This document shows, in pieces, positions 38,424-49,300 of a stretch of DNA of 64,000 nucleotides. The DNA lies in IMG/VR virus record IMGVR_UViG_3300024308_000016, positions 186,001 through 250,000 of that record; one strand, given 5' to 3'. The position numbers and the translations under genes are program-made. The notes beneath the pieces were generated by a model. That model saw only the letters and a program-made list of their open reading frames with translations, was not told the DNA's origin and made no database searches. How positions within the stretch are numbered: the stretch's first letter is position 1; each line of letters begins with the position of its first letter.

Positions 38424-39986
38424 ATGGCACTCGCTGACAACATCTCTCGCCGCAACAAGAACAATGGCGCTCGCAAGAGCGAAGCGGCTGTGGAACGCCT
38501 GCTGGATCTGGACGCACGCAAGAGCCAGGGCATGTACCATGATGCATCGGCCGGCATCTATCGCCAAGCGCCTGCGTGGACATCAACTACGCCGCTGGAT
38601 GAATCGATCCGTCATCTGAACATCAGCCTGAGCAGCCGCTCGGACCTGGGCAAGGCCCTGGATCCGGAGTTCAACCTGGAATGGGAGCACCCGGACTTTG
38701 GCCGTTTCATGAGCCTGAAGGCCTTTTGGCATTATGTGCTGGGCAGGGAAGCAGACAACCGCATTCGCATGCTTCGGTCCCGGGAACTGCGTGAGTTTGC
38801 GGCCAATCGGCGTGGCACGCTCGACCGCAACAAGATCCCCAACTTCCAGGCGCTGATCCTCAAGGCAGCCTACGACCGCATCACATCGCTGCCGGGGCTG
38901 TACAAGCTGGTCATGGACTCCAACCTCCCGTTTGAGAACTACATTCCTGGCACTCGGGACAGCGGCGCTCGCCGTGCCGATCATGCCAGTTGGTTTATTC
39001 CGGGCATGGAGATCATCCGCTTTGCACTGATCAAGGGCGAGCATCCGGACTTCACGGACTTCCTGAATTCCCAAGAGACCTACGATGACATCGTTCGTCA
39101 GCTCAAGAGCCGTGAAGTTGTGGATGTGCCCAAGGTCGCATCCATCCCCAACCTGTCGCAGTTCCTGAGCCACGGACCCGCGGCCAACGATCCCAAGGTC
39201 CCCAGGGCCAAGGGCGTCAAGGCCGCTCCTGCCCAAACCCCCAAGGCAAAGCCTACCCAGCCCAGGGCAGCCAAGCCAGCGGGCCCCATGTCCACCCTGG
39301 CGGCCAAGGACGTGATGGACTGGGTCGATCGCGGCGGCTATATCGCAGGTCAAAAGCCCGACCCCAAAGCAGCCAAGTCTGCCGACAAGAAGGGACCCAA
39401 GCCCGCGCCTGTGAAAACCAAGGAAGACCGTATGGTCGAGATCAAGACCTACATCAACACCCTGGACGGCGCCTACCCGGTGGCCATCGTGACGTTCGAA
39501 GAACGCGCACATGCCATCCGCTTCATCTTCGGGGCGATGGACAAGCTGGCCAAGGCCAACAGCAATGAGCTGGATGTGGATCTGGGCGGCGGAACGCTGT
39601 ACATGGGTGACGCCATGGAAGGTGTGCAAGCCAATGACGGCACCACCAAGGTCGTGATCTATGATCACAACGGCCAGACCAACCTCATGCGTCTGCAGGA
39701 CGGCTCCTTCGACAACCCCTTCAATGACTCGATCCAGATCGGGCTGGAGTTGCCTGAAGGCGAGGACCTGCTGGACTATGTGGTCAATGAGTCGCGGTGC
39801 CCGGCTAGCTTCATCCATCACTGGCGTCGGCCCCAGTCCAGGAAGGAAGCAACGCTGATCGACGAGGAGAAATTCCGTCGTGAATGCCTGAAGATCGCCC
39901 AAGAAGCGGGCGCGCCAGAAGCTGTGGCTGCGGTGCTGGATGTGGAACCTGTCAGCGAACCCACTGCTGAGCCTGCTGCCGAGTAA
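38424..39986 (+). CDS. Two-domain hypothetical protein with Pro/Ala/Lys-rich linker
   Basis: N-domain HLNIS...LGKAL...EHPDFGRFMSLKAFWHY; strong codon bias. Confidence 0.75.
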   Translation: MALADNISRRNKNNGARKSEAAVERLLDLDARKSQGMYHDASAGIYRQAPAWTSTTPLDESIRHLNISLSSRSDLGKALDPEFNLEWEHPDFGRFMSLKAFWHYVLGREADNRIRMLRSRELREFAANRRGTLDRNKIPNFQALILKAAYDRITSLPGLYKLVMDSNLPFENYIPGTRDSGARRADHASWFIPGMEIIRFALIKGEHPDFTDFLNSQETYDDIVRQLKSREVVDVPKVASIPNLSQFLSHGPAANDPKVPRAKGVKAAPAQTPKAKPTQPRAAKPAGPMSTLAAKDVMDWVDRGGYIAGQKPDPKAAKSADKKGPKPAPVKTKEDRMVEIKTYINTLDGAYPVAIVTFEERAHAIRFIFGAMDKLAKANSNELDVDLGGGTLYMGDAMEGVQANDGTTKVVIYDHNGQTNLMRLQDGSFDNPFNDSIQIGLELPEGEDLLDYVVNESRCPASFIHHWRRPQSRKEATLIDEEKFRRECLKIAQEAGAPEAVAAVLDVEPVSEPTAEPAAE

Positions 39987-40000
39987 TCGGTAACTACCAC

Positions 40001-40049
40001 TTCCCCAGACGCCTTCGGGCGTCTGGGGGAGAGGCTCTCTTTTTTTTTT
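40001..40049 (+). terminator. Intrinsic terminator
   Basis: TCCCCAGACGCC-TTCG-GGCGTCTGGGGG followed by a T-tract. Confidence 0.85.
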
Positions 40050-40086
40050 GTCCCGATGCTATGACTTATTTGAATAGGAGTGTATA

Positions 40087-41139
40087 ATGATCCCAGCACA
40101 GCGGATGCAGTTTCTGGACAAAGAAACCAACGTCGGCTTGGTCGACCCTCTGAAGGTCAAAGCCAATGACATCCTGAACGTCGCAACCAACCAGCTCAAC
40201 GAGATCACCTCGGGACTGGCGGACTTTATCAAGAACATCCAGCAGCAAGCATCAGCTCCGGCAGGTATGCTGCAAAGCCTGCTGGATCAAGGCATACGCC
40301 TGACACGCGATGCCTTCAGTGCTATGAGCGACATCTCCAAGCTCAACCCCCGAGCCATCGAGTCAGCCATCGCATCCATGCTGCCAGGAAATGCAGCAGT
40401 GCAAAACGCCTTCAAGAACATCACTGCCCAGTGTCGCAACAAGGGTCTGGGAACCAACTCAGGCTTCAAGCCCTACAACGACTCGTTCGGCTGCGGCAAG
40501 GGCCAAGGCGCTTGCAACAGCTCTGAGGTACGGGGATTGCTCGACAAGATCACTGGGGGCGCGGCTTCTCAGTTCACCCGTTCCCTGAACTCCATGCTCA
40601 AGAGTGTGTTGGCTCTTGGCCGAATGGGCTATGACGCAGGTCTGTGCAAGGTGTTCGGTGAACTCATCAAGGGCATGCCTGGTAACATCGTCCAGCGCGG
40701 CGCAGCTGGCTTGCTTGGCCTGATGGGCTCCAATGGCAATACCTCGGCTGTACTGGACATCACTGCCAACATGGGAAATGCCATCCCCAGCTTGGAGATC
40801 CCGGGACTGGTCGGCATCGCCATGAGCAACTTCACCACGCCCAAGAACTACAACCCCAACACCTTCTCGGATCTTGCCGACGGCTATATGACTGCGATGG
40901 ATGGGATCCAGCCCGGCTGGAACAAGACAGCCGATGGCATGACCACCATGGCCAACGTAGGTGATACCCGCAGTGGCGACTTCATGAATGTGCTGGACAA
41001 CGTGTGCTCGCGTACTCCGTTTGATCCGGACGATCTGACCGGTGTGGTGGGTGGTCCACTCGACGCCTTCACCGGTGCTTACAAGTCGGTCTCCTCTGTC
41101 AAAGGTCTGACCAGTGGTCTGAGCTCTTTGTTTGGCTAA
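40087..41139 (+). CDS. Probable virion structural protein (350 aa)
   Basis: AGGAG RBS; Gly/Ala/Asn-rich helical; located next to tail genes. Confidence 0.6.
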   Translation: MIPAQRMQFLDKETNVGLVDPLKVKANDILNVATNQLNEITSGLADFIKNIQQQASAPAGMLQSLLDQGIRLTRDAFSAMSDISKLNPRAIESAIASMLPGNAAVQNAFKNITAQCRNKGLGTNSGFKPYNDSFGCGKGQGACNSSEVRGLLDKITGGAASQFTRSLNSMLKSVLALGRMGYDAGLCKVFGELIKGMPGNIVQRGAAGLLGLMGSNGNTSAVLDITANMGNAIPSLEIPGLVGIAMSNFTTPKNYNPNTFSDLADGYMTAMDGIQPGWNKTADGMTTMANVGDTRSGDFMNVLDNVCSRTPFDPDDLTGVVGGPLDAFTGAYKSVSSVKGLTSGLSSLFG

Positions 41140-41154
41140 AGCGCCATACATACT

Positions 41155-41187
41155 CCACTACCCGCCCCTTTCGGGGACGGGTAGTGG
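41155..41187. terminator. Bidirectional hairpin terminator
   Basis: CCACTACCCG.CCCC-loop-GGGG.CGGGTAGTGG between convergent genes. Confidence 0.75.
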
Positions 41188-41199
41188 GTATATGCCGTG

Positions 41200-43293
41200 C
41201 TATCGGCCGATAGCGGTTTCAGTGCCTCGCACAGCGCCTTCCAATACGTGCCCTGCTCCCAGAGTGACGTACTGCAAGAAACCGGTTGTGGCGCTGTTGT
41301 GGGTGGCGGCTGCCCAGAACGCGGGAGACGTCCATTTGCCGTAGTTGATAGCAGCCTTGGCCAAACGCAGACGCGCTGCGCTCATAGGGAAGATCTGCGA
41401 GTAGATGTCCTGGGACGCAAGTACTGCCAGGTAGTCGGACAAGATGTTGTCCTCATCGAGCGTCATGTCCACGCCGAAAATCTCGCCCCCGGACACAGGC
41501 ATATGCATCACACTGGACAGATCGACCACGGAGAACGACACCTCAAACGCCAGTGGGTTACCACGAGAGTCAAAGCCGATGTTGGCTCCAGCCCCAGCTG
41601 TGATGGTCAGCGACTCGATCATCCCCAGTCGGATCTGAGCGCGACCCTTATCGAAGATCTGGCACAGGAAGGGAGCCGTGTACGCCTGCTTGCCGATGGA
41701 GCGTGGGAGCGTCCCTGCCAAGATCATCGCTAGCGGGATGTACAGCTTCATCATGCGCTGCATGGGCGTGTTGTACGTCGCCATCAAGGTGAACGAGTAC
41801 GTGGTCCGGGGCAGCGACACCGAGGAGCTTTGCCAGTGCTTGGGGACATCCACATAACCGTCACCTAGGATACCCTGCACGAAGGATGCCATATCAAGGG
41901 TCACGCCGTTGATCAGGCCCGACGCTGCATCGCCCAGAGCACCCATCACATCCTTGACGGTCTCGCCAATGAAGTTGCCTTCAGCCAGCGCAAAGCGCGC
42001 AGAGCGAACAGTCGAGGATGCATTGTTGAGCTTTTGCTGCAGCTGCGATTCCACAGCAGAGTTGTTGAAGCTCGTCGCCTGTGGACCTGTGAAGTCCACA
42101 TTGAACGTTGCAAACTGAGACCCCATCCGGAACTCCGCATCGAAGTACTCGGCATACTGGTGCAGCCAGGACTTGTCTTGCTCCTTGCCCTCCGGGGAGT
42201 TGGTATCGATGCGCGGGTCGGTCTCACTAACGGCTGAGGAGTTGTCCTCCGCCCGAAACACGTTGGCCAACTTCAGCGTCTCATCGAGCAAATCCGCCAG
42301 CCGGTGCTTGCCCTGTTTGTTGGTGACCTTGGTGGAGTGAGTGCCGTCTCCAGACAGCTCACGCTTCAAGTATCCCACATAGTCAGTAGCTGTGCCGTTG
42401 TCAGCAGCGTTGTACTCCTGGGTGTGGATCTCGTTGGCCAAGCGTTGGGCGCGATTGGCGATGGAGTGGACGTCGAAGTAGTTCTGTTCGCCGAACACAT
42501 CGGGCATGATGCGATTCAATTGGGTCAGGTAGTCTTGGTCGATCGTAAACGGCCTGCCCAACTTTTGAGTGTCGTCCGCATTGGCGCCCAAGATAGCTGG
42601 AAAGATACCGATATTCACCGCCAGCGTGTTGGCCAGTGTGTTCACCGTGGACCAATACGCGAACATCAGCGGCTTCATGGTGTAGAACTTGCTAGTGCTT
42701 CGGTTGAAGAAGAACCCAGCCACCCGTCCAGCCAACACAGTGATCGCCACTGCTGGGAACGTCACTACCGTGATGAAGGTACCCAGCAGTTTACCTGCCG
42801 TATAAAAGGCGCTCGGCATACGGCCTGTGCGAGCAAACGTGGATTGACCTGGATCAAATGCTCGACTGAGGAAATTCACCAAGGAGTTGAACCTGGGGAC
42901 ACCGAAGCGCAAAAAGATCGTCTGCTTGGTGTCGTCCACTGCCTCGGAGTAGTAGTGACCCCAACCATAGTTGCCCGAGGAGTTGTAGATCGACAGCTCT
43001 GCACGGTCAGCCATGCGGCCTGGCACCGGGAAGTCGGCGTACGGTGTGTACTGCGGGGCGTTGTTGATGCCGATGTTTCCACCTAGACGCGAGTCGGTGA
43101 ACTTGCTCGACGCAGTGGACCAAAAGCGGTTGGTCTTGTCGACTTCATCTTCAAAGTCATCATTGGTCAGCATGAACGACGTGCGGACCCAATCGGAGTC
43201 CAGCAGGTCGTAGGGGTTTTCTCCGCCGATGGCGGTGTTGGTTTTTTGGATCGCCTTGCCAGAGCGGAAGGCGTCGCGAAGATTGGAAGCCAT
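41200..43293 (-). CDS. Virion structural (tail/baseplate hub) protein, phiKZ gp182-like; start MASNLR
   Basis: Follows the tape-measure gene; KFTDSRLGGNIGIN and LRFGVPRFNSL motifs. Confidence 0.7.
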   Translation of the reverse strand: MASNLRDAFRSGKAIQKTNTAIGGENPYDLLDSDWVRTSFMLTNDDFEDEVDKTNRFWSTASSKFTDSRLGGNIGINNAPQYTPYADFPVPGRMADRAELSIYNSSGNYGWGHYYSEAVDDTKQTIFLRFGVPRFNSLVNFLSRAFDPGQSTFARTGRMPSAFYTAGKLLGTFITVVTFPAVAITVLAGRVAGFFFNRSTSKFYTMKPLMFAYWSTVNTLANTLAVNIGIFPAILGANADDTQKLGRPFTIDQDYLTQLNRIMPDVFGEQNYFDVHSIANRAQRLANEIHTQEYNAADNGTATDYVGYLKRELSGDGTHSTKVTNKQGKHRLADLLDETLKLANVFRAEDNSSAVSETDPRIDTNSPEGKEQDKSWLHQYAEYFDAEFRMGSQFATFNVDFTGPQATSFNNSAVESQLQQKLNNASSTVRSARFALAEGNFIGETVKDVMGALGDAASGLINGVTLDMASFVQGILGDGYVDVPKHWQSSSVSLPRTTYSFTLMATYNTPMQRMMKLYIPLAMILAGTLPRSIGKQAYTAPFLCQIFDKGRAQIRLGMIESLTITAGAGANIGFDSRGNPLAFEVSFSVVDLSSVMHMPVSGGEIFGVDMTLDEDNILSDYLAVLASQDIYSQIFPMSAARLRLAKAAINYGKWTSPAFWAAATHNSATTGFLQYVTLGAGHVLEGAVRGTETAIGR

Positions 43294-43319
43294 AAAAATA
43301 GTTCTCGCAAAAGGTGACA

Positions 43320-43347
43320 GCAGTAGCTCCCTTGCGGGAGCTACTGC
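43320..43347 (-). terminator. Hairpin after the tape-measure gene
   Basis: GCAGTAGCTCCC-TTGC-GGGAGCTACTGC (GCAA loop on the minus strand). Confidence 0.6.
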
Positions 43348-43357
43348 GGTCGGTGGA

Positions 43358-46300
43358 TCAAAGCACTCGCCGGTTATCAAAGGATGAGGTCGACGCTTCC
43401 GCAAACTTCGGTGTCTTGTACACCGGAGCGACGGGTTGCGGGGCCTCGGGCTTGGCGCCTCCTTGTTCAACCATGACTTGTCCCAGTCCGGTCAGTGCCT
43501 GACTCATGCCCTGCAGTATCGGAACGATCTGCGTGACAAGCGTCTCACTGATGGTGGCTACGTACTTATTGGAGTCATTGCCGATTTGGACCAGCTCATC
43601 GATGCCTTGGCTATTTTGGCCCTTGGCGATGGCGGTCAGTGCGGGATCAGGTCTTGCCATGGAGGGGACAGTGATCCGACGCTCAGCTGCTGCCGAAGCT
43701 TTAGCTGGTGCGGCGCTCGCTGTACTCACCGTCCGCATAGCGGAGCTGGGTACATTGAACGACGCGGTCGTGGTAGCGGTAGGTGTCGATCGATCAGCGT
43801 CAGCCGCCACAGCCTTGCCGGTAGTGTTACCTACCTTGGGGCCTCCCATGCCCTTAGGGGCGTAGGGAATGTTGAACTGCTGTGCCTTGTTCTCGATCTT
43901 GTTTTCGATGCGGTCGTACATCTCCGAGGTGGTCAGAGGACGATTGTTCGCATAGAACAGTTTGGCGTTGATGGGGTTGGCCGCTGCCTTTTGGAAGAGG
44001 CTGGCTGCCGGTGTATCGGGAGAGGCACTGAAGAACTTCCTGGCTCCGCCCAGACCCAGGTAGTGGGCCATGTAGCCGTCAGTGAAGTCGGGGTTTGGAC
44101 GTACAGACTCCAAACCCTTCAGATTTTGCTTCAGATACTCCGCACCCATCAAGGTGTTGGCTCTTGGATCAGTGCGATCTTCGTTGCCCTTCAAGCCGTA
44201 CTTGGAGCCGGTCTTGCGCATGGTGTCGTTCCATGCAGCGGGGAAGAACTGGTTCAAGCCGACCGCATTGCCAGCTTTGGCAGCGGGGTTCATACTCGAC
44301 TCCATCGCGCTCATCAAGAGCATGTCGTTGGGATTGACGCCTGCTTCCTTGGCAGCGGAGGTGATGGTGCCTCGGATGCCTTGCTCTGCAGGTTTTCCAC
44401 CACCCACAGATTCGGAAGGACGGGTTTCTCCGTCTTCGGCAAGTTTGCCCTTGTCAGTGTCGATCTTAGCACTTGGCTTGTAGGCCACTTGCTGCGTGCC
44501 CGAGGAGAACTTGTCTGGAGCGCCAGTGGTGGCGATCGCAGCCGCTGTAGGCGCTTGAGCCTGAGCGGTCATGCTCTTTTCCTCGGTGACTCCGGTCTTG
44601 GCCTTGATGCCTTGGTCCGCCTGGCTTGCAGTCTCGCCTGGAACCTGGGGCATTTTCAGATCGTTGATCGGAGAAGCTCCCTTGACCGCTGGGTCAGTGA
44701 CAGTAGCACCGCCCTTGGCGTTGTACAGGTCACGAGCGAGCTTGGGGTTGCGGGTGCCGAGCTTGGAACCCTTGATAGAGCCTTGGCCTCCGCCTCCTCG
44801 TCCCAGCGACGACTGGATCGCAATGTCCGCATAACTCTTGTCGGTTTTGGCCAGTTTCTCCGAGCCTTGGTAGCCGGCTGCTTCGATGTGCCACGTCTCT
44901 CCGCCCACAGGGCGAGTGAAGCCGTACTTGCGAAGCAATCCCATCTGCTCGAGTTCTTCCAGTTGGACGCTGGAGACGTCAAGCGCCAGGCCATGCTCGT
45001 GCATGGAGTTGCCGGGCTTGGCTGCCTTGGCTGGGTTTTGTCGGTGAAGCGCTGCTTGTCTTTGATAGCTTCGGAAAGCCTCATTGACTTGCAAGCTTTT
45101 GCCAGTGGCCTCCCCATACTCCTGGGCCATAGACAAGAAGTGCTTGAGCAGGCGCGGTTGCATCCCTTCCAGGACGGCGTCCTTGCCCAACTTCACGTAC
45201 TTCATGCCGCCGGAGCCATCCGCCATTTGACCACCCGCCAGTGCAGGCACCTTGGTCATCCCGGTGGAGGAGTCCGAGCCATCGGCCTGGCCATTGGAGA
45301 TGATGGTGGAGTTTTGGGTCTTGGACTGGGGAGGATCCTCAGGAGTGGCCACATCGAAGGGCTTGGCACTCGGAGCTTTGTTGAGCTCTCCGACTTGCTT
45401 GGACTCCACCGCAGGGGTGTTGGGGATCGCCTCACTCTTGATCTGATCGCCAGCCGCCACGATGACTGCCTTGGCATTCTTCTTGTCAGCTCCCTTAGGA
45501 TCGATCTCCCCAGCTTTGATCGCCGCTTTGACGCTCTTTTGCTGCTCCAGTCCCAGCGTCTTGATCTTGGCGTTGACCAGATTGAACGCAGGCTGGACGT
45601 TCGTGTTCAGAGAGTTCAGTCCCTTGAACGGAGAAACCGTCACGTCGTAGGGGCCCGACTCGAACGCTGCCTTGGACAGGTATTCGAGCTTTTGTTCGGG
45701 CTTGAGCTTGTCGAGTTCATCGAGCTTGACCTTCATGTCCACCTGAGCCAAGATAGCCAGGTGGTGCAAGAATACGGGTTTGAATCGCTGGTCGATCCAC
45801 TCCGTCAGGTTCTGAACCATCTGCGACTCCTTGGGATCGATGGAGAAGATCTCCAAGATGTCCTTGGTGTCGATGGCACGCTCGTTGATGTAGGGCTGCT
45901 TGCCACGGTATCCGATACGGCCGTCCAGCAGGTACTTCTCCAGGCCCATGACCTGGCTGTTGTACATCTCGGTAGCGTCAGTGCCGTCCAGACCGTACTG
46001 GATCACGCGGATGCGTTGCCAATCGTCGAGTCGGTTGCGGGTGAGGTACTTGTACAGCTTGTAGCCGCCATAAGCGGTTCCAGCCACAGCAGCGGCGCCG
46101 AGCACGACCGGAGAAGTGAGAACAGCCGCCAGCGAAGTGGCTGCGGCTCCCAAAGCGCCGATGATAGCACCGCCGGAACCACCAGCTGCCAGACCTACGG
46201 TCATAGCTGCACGAGCTGCGAAGCCACCGAAGCGGGCAACAGAGGCTGCACCTGGCAGTCGGGCCAACAGACCACCACCTGCCTTAGCGGCACCCGCCAA

Positions 46301-49300
46301 AGGTGTGCCCACTGTCCGAAAAGCTGTCGGGATCTTGCTCAGACCGGAGCCGAGCAAGCTCGCGCCTCCCATCAAGCCGCGACCGAGCAGTCCAGCTCCG
46401 CCTTTGAGGCCGCGACCCAGCAAGGAACCCGCGCCCTTGAGCAGTCCGCCCTTTCCACCCAGACCAAGCAATCCTATCGCCCCACTCATGATAGAGCCAG
46501 CGGCTGATGCGATAGTACCCATCATGCCGGTAGCCATCTTAAAGATGGTACTGAGCATGTCTGAGCCTTCCATGTACTTGTTCTTCTCCAGCCCTGCTTC
46601 GGACTTTTGCTGGGCTTCGAGCTTGCGCTGCTCATTGGCTTGGCGCATGTCTTCGTTTTGTTGCATGCGGTCAGCAGCTCCGCCATCGCGCTGTCCATCA
46701 CCGTCTCGGTCGTTGAACTGGCCCGTAGCCTTGCGGTACGCCTTCATAGCGCGTTGCTTGGCTTTGTTGACCATGTTGCGCATGCCGGAGCCAGACTCTT
46801 GAGAAGTCTCCTCCTGAGCGGGGCCTTGCTGCTGATTGCCGGCTTGGTCCTTATTGCCGGAGAACATACCAGACAAGAAACCTGCACCCTTGGCCAAACT
46901 TCCACCCAGACCTCCGAGCAATCCTGCTCCACGACCGAGCAAGCCTCCCAGACGACCTCCGCGTTTAGCGCCCAGGCCTGCGACCCTGGAGCCAGCCTTA
47001 GAGGCCATAGAGCCGATACCGCCGATGGCGCCCGGAAGCATAGAGGCGACACCTCCGAGCAATCCACCCAAGTTGCCACCAGCGTACTTGTTCATGATAC
47101 GCTGGCCAGTCGGGATCTGGGGACCTAGATCCACGCCAGATGGGAACATGGGACCTACGAAGTCGTCCGTTCCAGGCTGAGGAGCCGAGCCAAACATCTT
47201 GGCCCAGTCTTTCATCTTCTTGATGGTGCTGGAGTTGGCAGCTCCCGTGGTCTTGTCCTTGAGGAAGTCCCCGATACGAGCGCCTTGACCCAAGATAGAG
47301 TCCACGATCTTGGAGTCTTTGCCCACCAAGCTGATGTCCCGGATCTGAGTGAGCAGCGAGCGGTTGGTCTTGTCGACCGAGTCGTCCGATACTTCCTCAG
47401 GTGTCGCCGCCTGCATGGGCTTGGCCCCTGTGCGGTTCAAGATAGAACGCACGCGTCGACCACCCTTGCCCATTGCCAGGAGATCCCGGATCTGTTCGAG
47501 CACTTCTGTGGGCTTTTGCCAGCAGGTGCAGTCTCCGCCGGCTTGGAGCTGGGGAAGAGCTTGCAGTGCCTTGGAGACAGACTCTCCGATAGATGCCGAC
47601 AGCTCTCCCATACGCTCCTTCGACGATGCCCACATTGCGGCCATCCCTTCAGCGGAGTTTTGCCACGCTTGTCCAGCCATGGCTTTACCGTCTTCGTACA
47701 TCTGGCCCGCGCCCTGCACTCCGTGCTGGTACATGCTCTTGGCTTTACCGCCGAAGGACTTGGCTCTATCGCGAGCGAAGTCATACGCCTTGGATGCGCC
47801 GCTCATGAGCATGCCTGCAGCTCCTCGGCCCCGAGTGAACGCCTCGCCGGCCTTCTTCTTGATCCAGTCCAGCGCTTGGCGGGTCAAGGTACGCACAGGC
47901 TTGCCGTCTGCAGTAAACAGGCCGTCGACCATGTCGTCGATCGTCAGAACCACCTTGCCGTGGTGATCGATCACGTTGCCGGAGATGCGCGACAGGTCCT
48001 CCAAGTTCTTGATGGGCTTTCCGGTGCTCTCGTCCTTGTAAGCACCGAGCTCCATGAGCTTGGCGCGCAACACCGGTGCGGGATTGCCCGGCATGTACAC
48101 GTCCTGGGGACCGTTGACCAAGTTGATAGCCATGCCCTTGGCCTTATCGAGCATCATCCGTGCGGTCTTGACGGTGGCGGGCACCTTTTGGAACAACACG
48201 TCAGAACCAAAATCCACAGCTCTGCGAGTAGCGTTGACCGCTGCCTCGTAGACGCTGGACATCAGATTCTTGGCAGGCTCCTTAGCTGCTCCAGCAGCCG
48301 ACTTGCCCATATCCCACCCAGGCATGATCACCTTGTCCTTGAGCCAAGATGCCGTATCGATGGTGGTGCCTGTGAGTTTGGCAGCACCAGCAGCGGCTGC
48401 GTTGACCACACCAGCGATCAGGTTACCCATCAGGCCTTGGCCCTTCAGACCAAACCCGCGGGAAGCCATAGAACCGCCTTCTTGACCGCCCTCGCCCCCA
48501 AAGCCCATGAAACCACCGCCCTTGGCTTGTTGGGCGGAGATCTTCTTGACTTGCTCATCGATACTCTTGAGGTATTGAACGCCTTCTGAACCCACACCAC
48601 TGTCGAACTTCTCACCCAGCGCCTTGATGGCGGCGAGCATGTGACCTTGGGCCGAGATCGGATCGATGGAGGTGCCCCCTGGTGCTGTCTCCTCTCCCAG
48701 ATTTCGGTTCACGTCCTGAGCCATAGGACCGAAGTGCGTGGACTTGCCCAATCCCGCAGCTGCTTTGTAGTTCCAGCTGTAGTTGTCAGTGTTCATGATC
48801 CCCTTCAGGCTAGCTGTGGGGTTCTTGGGTGCGTAGGAGCGGATGTTCTCCTTTTGGGTCTGGTCAGACGTCATCCGGCCGCCTTGGTCGATGAGCTTGT
48901 AGTACTCATCTTCCACGATCTCGTAGTTGCCGTCCTTGTCACGCTTCAAGAAGCCCGCTTCCACCAGTCCTTCAGCATTGCCGTCAGCGATGGCTTGCTG
49001 GATAACGCCTCGGTGGTCCTTCACAGAGCTTCTGAGCTCCGAAGACCGGGACGTGAGCGAATACTTGCGGGTCAGCGCCTCCAGGGAGTCGCCGCTGTAG
49101 TTGGTCTGCAAGATCTTCCTGACCGTTTCCTGGGCTGAAGGGCTCAGGTTGCGGAACTCCACGGTGTCCATCATCCGGTCACCGTCATAGTCGAAGTTGC
49201 GCCTGCGGCTCAACTTGCCCAGATAGTCCTTTACTTCGTCTCGGTCCGCGTCTGGAACAGTGGCACCCTTGGTGAAGTCGTCGTAGGTCTCATTCAGGCG

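Noticed and set aside
43436-46507. 1023-aa plus-strand ORF and other long antisense ORFs (e.g. 2393-3550, 57643-59376)
   Set aside because: Stop-poor reverse frames caused by GC-biased codon usage of real genes on the opposite strand; no RBS or motifs
46680-46715. DRDGDGQRD EF-hand-like motif in the tape-measure protein
   Set aside because: Single short motif in a low-complexity context; insufficient support for a Ca2+-binding site
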